Source: an uncultured bacterium (lineage in GTDB: Bacteria > CSSED10-310 > CAZUFC01). Taken from it: DNA of 24,364 nt. The DNA is taken from positions 1 through 24,364 of the forward strand of contig CAZUFC010000120.1 of the NCBI GenBank assembly GCA_964619725.1, read 5' to 3'. The translations under genes and the position numbers were made by a program. This document shows, in pieces, positions 18,659 to 24,364 of this stretch (position 1 is its first letter; every line of letters begins with the position of its first letter). Under the pieces are notes generated by a model. The model saw only the letters and a list, made by a program, of their open reading frames with translations. It did no database searches and was not told the DNA's origin.

Positions 18659-20361
18659 TTATTTTCACTCCCGGAAGATTTTGTTTTTTGGTCTGATTTT
18701 TCTTCTTTACGGCTTGTCTTTTTACTTCGCCTGTTTTTTTTCTTTCGATTTGAGTTCTCTGATTTTTCGGCTGCTTCTCTTTCTTTTTTAATTTTTTCAA
18801 GCAGAACGGCTGCCGGTTCGTCATCAGGGTCCTGATCGACCAGCTTGCCCTCGAACGCCCATTTGAGGATGGATTGTCTGAGTTTTTCACACATCAATAT
18901 ATCATTTATAATATTTGTTTCTAATTTATTTTTTATTGAGAAAACCCTATTTATTTCATTGATGATTCTTCTTTGCTCATCTAAAGGAGGGAAAGGAAAA
19001 ATTAATGAATATAATATTTTTTGATTTATAAATTTTCTTGTTGTACCTTTACAAAGTTCATAAAATTGTCGCTTAACGAAAGTTGAACCATTGAGTAAGA
19101 CGGAAAAAAAATCAGGAATCACCTCTCTTATTACAAAACGTAATCTCATTACATTTGAAGATAGTCGTGCTCCTTCAATTGAATAAGGAACAACGCAAGC
19201 ATCACCAACAGTGCCTGATCTTGAAACTAAAACATCACCATATTCAGCATCATAGGATTTGAGTTCCTTTGCCTTTTCATTTGATAAAAAAACTTTGCTG
19301 TTATTAATAAATTCCATTGGTTTTATATTCTCAATTCCTAAAACAGGAATTCCTTGCGACTTATAATCTTTCTTTTTCAATAAACTACCGAAAGGGCCTG
19401 TTTTCATTCCATCATTGGTGGCTTTTAACAATTCTCTAATTTTAACCCAACACCACCCTTCAGGCAAATCAGGAAGGTTACGGGCATCCGGGGATTCAGG
19501 TTCCTTGTATTTTTTTTCAGCCCTGGCGCGGGCGTTTTTGACGGCTTGTTCATTATCCTGTGGCGTCCAGGATTTTCCGGTTTTCCTGGCTTTTTCTTCG
19601 GCTCTGGCGCGTGCTTTTTCCGTTTCGGATTCAATCCACTTTTTCCGGCGTTCCTTCAAGATACGCCTGAGAAGTGCATCTGCCGGTTCATAGTCGCGAC
19701 CTTCCTTATTAGCCAATTCCGCTTCCGTGGGAACAAGCCGTCCTTCGACCGCCGCCTTCAGAACGGAAGAACGATAACGCTCCAGGTTCTTCTTGACTCT
19801 TTTCAGCGTTTCTACTGCTGTATCCAAGCGGCTGAAGTAGGACTCTATGGCTTTTACTATTCGTTGTTGTTCGTTAAGTGGGGGTAATGTCAAACAGTAT
19901 TCTTCTAAAAATTTATTGGGTACTCTCATATGACCCGACGTACCAGCCATACTCGAACGAGCGATACTTCTAAAATCTTTCCTTAGTAAAAAGTAAAATA
20001 ACAACTTCGGTATTATGGCCTCGGAGGGCCTTAGAACATGAAATTCAGTTGATCCGGCACCTATATGATTACACAAGCCTTTGGCAATAAATACTTTTCC
20101 ATTTTCCATGCAGGGAGTAATCTTTGCGAAAAGAACATCGTATTCTTGAAATTTTGTATATCCTTTGCTAACATCCAGCCATAAACGTTTCTCGCTTAAA
20201 TCTATTGCCCCAGTCATCTCAGATACAGCCTTCATTGGTATAAAGGAAACTTTTACGTTATCAACCGGAATTTTGTCTGGATAACGTGGGTTCAAGATAG
20301 CGATACGGGACAATTTCGTCAAACACCATCCTATTGGTAATTTTTTAGCATCGAAATTCAT
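18655..20361 (-). CDS. hsdS: Type I RM specificity subunit with two TRDs
   Basis: LPIGW and LPEGW starts, PPLNEQQRIV and PPLDEQRRII conserved ends, SVLKAAVEGRLV and SILKWAFEGKLV; ATGA overlap with hsdM. Confidence 0.94.
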   Translation of the reverse strand: MNFDAKKLPIGWCLTKLSRIAILNPRYPDKIPVDNVKVSFIPMKAVSEMTGAIDLSEKRLWLDVSKGYTKFQEYDVLFAKITPCMENGKVFIAKGLCNHIGAGSTEFHVLRPSEAIIPKLLFYFLLRKDFRSIARSSMAGTSGHMRVPNKFLEEYCLTLPPLNEQQRIVKAIESYFSRLDTAVETLKRVKKNLERYRSSVLKAAVEGRLVPTEAELANKEGRDYEPADALLRRILKERRKKWIESETEKARARAEEKARKTGKSWTPQDNEQAVKNARARAEKKYKEPESPDARNLPDLPEGWCWVKIRELLKATNDGMKTGPFGSLLKKKDYKSQGIPVLGIENIKPMEFINNSKVFLSNEKAKELKSYDAEYGDVLVSRSGTVGDACVVPYSIEGARLSSNVMRLRFVIREVIPDFFSVLLNGSTFVKRQFYELCKGTTRKFINQKILYSLIFPFPPLDEQRRIINEINRVFSIKNKLETNIINDILMCEKLRQSILKWAFEGKLVDQDPDDEPAAVLLEKIKKEREAAEKSENSNRKKKNRRSKKTSRKEEKSDQKTKSSGSENK

Positions 20362-20453
20362 AAGTTCATAACTCTTGAAATGGATATCCTAGTATATCAA
20401 ATTAATTTGGTTTTTTTACGCTAAGTCTCTTCATAAAAATTGTACAGTTTTTC

Positions 20454-20492
20454 GCCCCCCCTATATCCCCCCGCGAGCGGGGGGACTTTTTT
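20454..20492. repeat. GC-rich hairpin / REP-like element between hsdR and hsdS
   Basis: CCCCCCCTATA-TCCCCCCGC-GA-GCGGGGGGA-CTTTTTT: a perfect 9-bp stem (20466-20485) in AT-rich DNA, with a T-tract on the + strand only. Confidence 0.6.
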
Positions 20493-20548
20493 CCTTGAAA
20501 TTGATTGATCGATTGTTGGATTTTCGTTATACATTTAACAGTTCTTTA

Positions 20549-23419
20549 TCAGTCAATGTCAGGAGATGTGAAGTTCAATGCTTTGTTAAGTTGCTTGATT
20601 ATTTTTAGAAAATCTTTACCCAGCACCTTAGCAGCTTTGCCTAATCCTCCTTCTTCAATAAATGGTGATAAATTGAAATCTTCAATTTCAACCATTAAGC
20701 TTGATGCAATATGATCCTTCATCATCACCAGCCATTTTTTCTGCTCATCTGTAAAACCTCTTCCCAGCACTTCCTGATCCTTCAACCATGTTTCAAACCG
20801 CTCATCAACCTTATCTGAATAATGGACCAATTCATCATCCTTATTCAAGGCGAAACGTATCAGGGAAATGATATCGGTCAGCATTGTCTTGGCGCTCGAT
20901 TTGCGGACTTTGTTTTCTTCCAGAATTTCATAGGCTTTCCACAATTTTTCAGGCGTCAGCGACCGGGGCGGCGACTGAACGGCATCATGAATATTTTTAA
21001 TGTCTTCAAATCTCAAACGTCCGGCGTACGGTTCGGAGTAGAAAAACTGCAGCGATTCGATTTCGTCCCTGTTTTCTTTCAGAAACTGCTCGAATGATTT
21101 TACCAATTCTTTCGCTCTCTGTTTTTGAATATCTGAAAAGCCGGTTTCCTTTTTCATCAGTTCATCTGTCGTTATAGGATCGATAATTTGCTCAAACGGT
21201 TTATTAATTTCATTCAGCAAGCGTCTCAATGGAGGATTACTTGCCAGAGGTTTAACCGATTCTTTCATAAGTTTTTTCGCGGCGGATTCTATCTGTTCAG
21301 CGGTCGGATTTTGTTCCGGCGGAACATTATGTTCAATTCTGGCTTTTTGTTGTTGAATATCCGGGTCCAGGGCATCGATGATTCCCCGGCTGATCTCGGA
21401 CAGCGATTTATCTCCAGATGATTCCTTAATTTTATCTTTCTGTTCCTTTGAGCATTGTTTGTCCAGTCTTGCCAGACGGCAGGCCAGCGAAGAGAGGTGG
21501 TCCTCGTCGGTAATTCCTACGGCTATTCTTTCCAGCAATTTTTCAAAAGGAACCGATTTTTTTCTTTCCAGGGGCTGAGTATCAGTGAGCGATTCCTGTT
21601 CGGTGACTCCGACGCAATCCACTATAACGAAATGAGTCTTATGCTCTGCCTTTGGGGTGACGGCATTCAATTCTTCGCTGTTTATTATCCTGACGCCGCG
21701 ACCCTTCATCTGTTCAAAAAGAACGCGGCTTCTGACCGCTCGCATGAACACGAGTATTTCTATGGGGCGTATGTCAGAGCCTGTACTGATCATGTCCACT
21801 GTAACGGCTATTCTGGGATAATAGGAATTGCGGAAATCCTGGATCAAATCTGAAGGCTTGCTTCCAGTGGTCTTGTAGGTAATTTTCCGGCAGAACTCTT
21901 CGCCTGCTCCGAATACCTGTTTAATGATTTCTGTGATATCCTCGGCGTGCGAATCGTCTTTGGCGAAAATCAGCGTTTTGGGCAACACTTTTCGTCCCGG
22001 AAACATTTCAGTTCTGACTTTTTCCTTGAATGTTTTGAGTATGAGACGTATCTGGTCCTTCGCCACTACAGAACGGTCCAGGTCGTTCGGCCCGTAGGCG
22101 ATACTTTCGTCGGGTTTTCGCCATCTGACTTCACGTGTTTGACGGTTGCGCAGGCCGATCATGGACTCGCCGTCAGCTTCGATTTCCGCACCCTGGGAGG
22201 TTATTTTCGTTTTTATCCGGTAAACCTCGAAATCGACGTTAACGCCGTCGGCGACGGCTTTTTCATGATTGTATTCCATGACCAGGTTCTGGTTGAAAAA
22301 ACCGAAGGTGTGTTTGGCCGGCGTGGCGGTGAGTCCTATAATGAATGCATCGAAATATTCCAGGACCTGCCTCCAGAGAGTATATATCGAACGGTGGCAT
22401 TCGTCGACGATAATGACGTCGAAATATTCCGGCGGTATCGATTTGTTGTAGACCACGGGCAGAGGTTCATCTGTTTCGGATTGCATTATTTCATAGAGCG
22501 AGCGTTCTTCGTTTTCAGGATCGAATTCTTTCTCGCCTTTGAGCATGGAATACAGACGCTGAATTGTTGAGATGACCACTTTGCTTGATGCGCTTATATT
22601 ATTTGTCGTCAGACGTTCTACATTGTATAAATTTCCGAATGAACGGTTGTCGTCAGAAGGCTTGTAATTCTGGAATTCCTTTTCCGCCTGTTCTCCCAGG
22701 TTGCTGCGATCCACCAGGAACAAAATACGCCTTGCTCCGCCGAATTTTATGTACCGGTAGACTGCTGTAATAGCCATGAGAGTCTTTCCCGATCCGGTGG
22801 CCATCTGGACCAGGGAACGGGGATAATTTTTTTTCAGTGATTCGTCCAGATTGATGATAGCCTGAAATTGGTTGGGAAAAAGAAAACCGGGATCAAGCGG
22901 CGGAAGCGTCTGCAATCTTGATCTCAGTGTTGAAGGTTTAACGTTGTCTGCTGCAGTGTAGAATCCTCCTTCGCCGTGCAGTCGCCGGACCCAGGCATCA
23001 AGTGTTTCGCAAGAAATCCATTCAGCCAGTGTTTCCGGACGGTGAAATTGGAAAACACGACGGCTTCGGGGCGCGGGATCGAGCATATTGATGAATCTTG
23101 TTTCCACTCCTGTACTCATATAACAGAAGGGAAGAGGCATAAAAGGAGCCTCATAATAATCCGGGAACCCCTCGGAATATTTCTCAGCCTGGACATTAAC
23201 GCCGCCCAGGGGGAAGCCGATTTTTTTGGCTTCGATGACGCCGACGGCGCTGCAGTCTACGAATAACAGGTAATCCGCAAAACCGGTATTCAGGTTGAAT
23301 TCACGGACCGCTACGCCCTCACTGGCGTAAAGATTCAGGTCGCTCCTGTTTTGGATATCCCAACCTGATCGCCTCAGTTTTTCGTCTATGATTTTTCGTG
23401 CCTCTTTTTCCGGGTTCAT
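20549..23419 (-). CDS. hsdR: Type I RM restriction subunit (EcoEI-like C-terminus)
   Basis: ADYLLF...VIEAKK nuclease motif, QMATGSGKT, DECHR, GLTATP, IAVTVDMISTGSD, FEQMKGRGVR. Confidence 0.96.
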   Translation of the reverse strand: MNPEKEARKIIDEKLRRSGWDIQNRSDLNLYASEGVAVREFNLNTGFADYLLFVDCSAVGVIEAKKIGFPLGGVNVQAEKYSEGFPDYYEAPFMPLPFCYMSTGVETRFINMLDPAPRSRRVFQFHRPETLAEWISCETLDAWVRRLHGEGGFYTAADNVKPSTLRSRLQTLPPLDPGFLFPNQFQAIINLDESLKKNYPRSLVQMATGSGKTLMAITAVYRYIKFGGARRILFLVDRSNLGEQAEKEFQNYKPSDDNRSFGNLYNVERLTTNNISASSKVVISTIQRLYSMLKGEKEFDPENEERSLYEIMQSETDEPLPVVYNKSIPPEYFDVIIVDECHRSIYTLWRQVLEYFDAFIIGLTATPAKHTFGFFNQNLVMEYNHEKAVADGVNVDFEVYRIKTKITSQGAEIEADGESMIGLRNRQTREVRWRKPDESIAYGPNDLDRSVVAKDQIRLILKTFKEKVRTEMFPGRKVLPKTLIFAKDDSHAEDITEIIKQVFGAGEEFCRKITYKTTGSKPSDLIQDFRNSYYPRIAVTVDMISTGSDIRPIEILVFMRAVRSRVLFEQMKGRGVRIINSEELNAVTPKAEHKTHFVIVDCVGVTEQESLTDTQPLERKKSVPFEKLLERIAVGITDEDHLSSLACRLARLDKQCSKEQKDKIKESSGDKSLSEISRGIIDALDPDIQQQKARIEHNVPPEQNPTAEQIESAAKKLMKESVKPLASNPPLRRLLNEINKPFEQIIDPITTDELMKKETGFSDIQKQRAKELVKSFEQFLKENRDEIESLQFFYSEPYAGRLRFEDIKNIHDAVQSPPRSLTPEKLWKAYEILEENKVRKSSAKTMLTDIISLIRFALNKDDELVHYSDKVDERFETWLKDQEVLGRGFTDEQKKWLVMMKDHIASSLMVEIEDFNLSPFIEEGGLGKAAKVLGKDFLKIIKQLNKALNFTSPDID

Positions 23420-23905
23420 TTATCGCATCAATGGGCTCAAAGTGAAAAATGTTCGTTCGTATTGCCTCGTCGATTTTAAATCAGTCCGTTCTCCTGAAAG
23501 GAAAACAGCAAAAATAGCATAATTCGTCTCATAGCGCCGGCGGCTGCATTTTATTGAAACCTCGATCAAGATCGTCACCGGTTTTTTTATACCAGAGTTT
23601 CCGGTGAATGAGAAGAGAATTTTTCCGGTAAGGGAGAAGTTTCCCGGAAAAACAGTTTGCAGCTTATTTCTTGTTATGTTCCGACATTGTCGAAGTTTTA
23701 CCGGCTGTGGCATATTCCTTTGTTCCTTGTTACGGAATATCAGCAGTGAAGCAGGCGACTGCGAACCGGACAGTCGGTCTCCAATGACTTGCAATAGTGA
23801 ATCGCCTTGCTTGGCTTTATTGTTCAGCTTTTTACCTTAAAGTGAGATTAGATTAGTTTCGCCTTGATATGGAAGGCAATACTTCTAATTGTTCATAAAT
23901 TCTCT

Positions 23906-23942
23906 GTCGCTATCGGTATTGCCATCGGTATCAGTATCGAAA
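23906..23942. repeat. Degenerate hexamer tandem array (ATCGGT-like units)
   Basis: gtcgct atcggt attgcc atcggt atcagt atcgaa. Confidence 0.65.
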
Positions 23943-24187
23943 TTCTCAAACAAAAAACCTTTGTTTTCACAGACAGAATGCATCCCGCCCGTCGTCCCGG
24001 TAAGAAACATGTCCGGCTCCTGCTTTCGCAATGTCGACGGTAAGCGAATGAAAGACATGGATAATGTTTTTTCGCGGGGTGATTTATGTCCGTCAATCGG
24101 ATGCAGTGAGGTTAAAACCGGAGGATATGCTTCAACAGCGACTGGTAAAAAATCCGTTTTTTGCTGAAAGGTAATGGTAATATTTTG

Positions 24188-24261
24188 TTTCGATTGCGAC
24201 CCCGATCTCGACCCCGATACCCCTACAGACCCCGATCCCGATCCCGATACCGATCCCGAAT
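24188..24261. repeat. Degenerate hexamer tandem array (CCGATC-like units), inverted relative to 23906-23942
   Basis: tcgatt gcgacc ccgatc tcgacc ccgata ccccta cagacc ccgatc ccgatc ccgata ccgatc ccgaat (12 units). Confidence 0.8.
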
Positions 24262-24277
24262 GAAACGGCCCTATAAA

Positions 24278-24304
24278 CCGTGAAGAACATCAAGAGCACG
24301 AAGA
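24278..24304. repeat. Three degenerate 9-bp tandem units
   Basis: ccgtgaaga acatcaaga gcacgaaga. Confidence 0.45.
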
Positions 24305-24364
24305 TGAACGTTCTGAACTCCTGACAAGAATGTCACAACCTATTGAAAAAGTGTGATTTTCTTG

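Noticed and set aside
13269-23266. Numerous antisense or alternate-frame ORFs (for example 13978-14556, 18528-18890, 21947-22570)
   Set aside because: They lie almost wholly within well-supported genes and show no protein-family motifs.
23420-23794. 124-aa ORF whose TAA abuts the hsdR ATG
   Set aside because: TTG start, no recognisable domain, and it overlaps a hairpin-rich tract. Translational coupling cannot be excluded, but coding status is unsupported.
23889-24167. ORFs 23889-24167 (+) and 23893-24096 (-)
   Set aside because: Partly generated by the hexamer repeat; no SD and no similarity to four-helix-bundle or other known small proteins.

Overview
Bacterial defence island, mosaic in base composition. 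Right half, minus strand: a complete Type I restriction-modification locus (hsdR-hsdS-hsdM), then a DUF262/GmrSD-like gene fused to a Schlafen/AlbA_2 domain, then higB and a higA fused to an ImmA/IrrE peptidase domain. These converge on a plus-strand parDE pair and an mcrBC pair whose mcrB is split by one in-frame TAA. The left half is more degraded and AT-rich. It holds a 525-aa protein with two ACT-like domains and a C-terminal TIR/NDT-like Rossmann domain (best novel-system candidate), a PD-(D/E)XK nuclease, a decayed K+-channel pore fragment, an orphan ParB with its own promoter, a TM+HEAT-repeat protein, a polytopic membrane protein and a 3' remnant of BREX brxL. Upstream of hsdR, about 700 bp of non-coding DNA is dense in hairpins and includes two inverted hexamer arrays. 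All family calls come from motifs read by eye; no searches were run.
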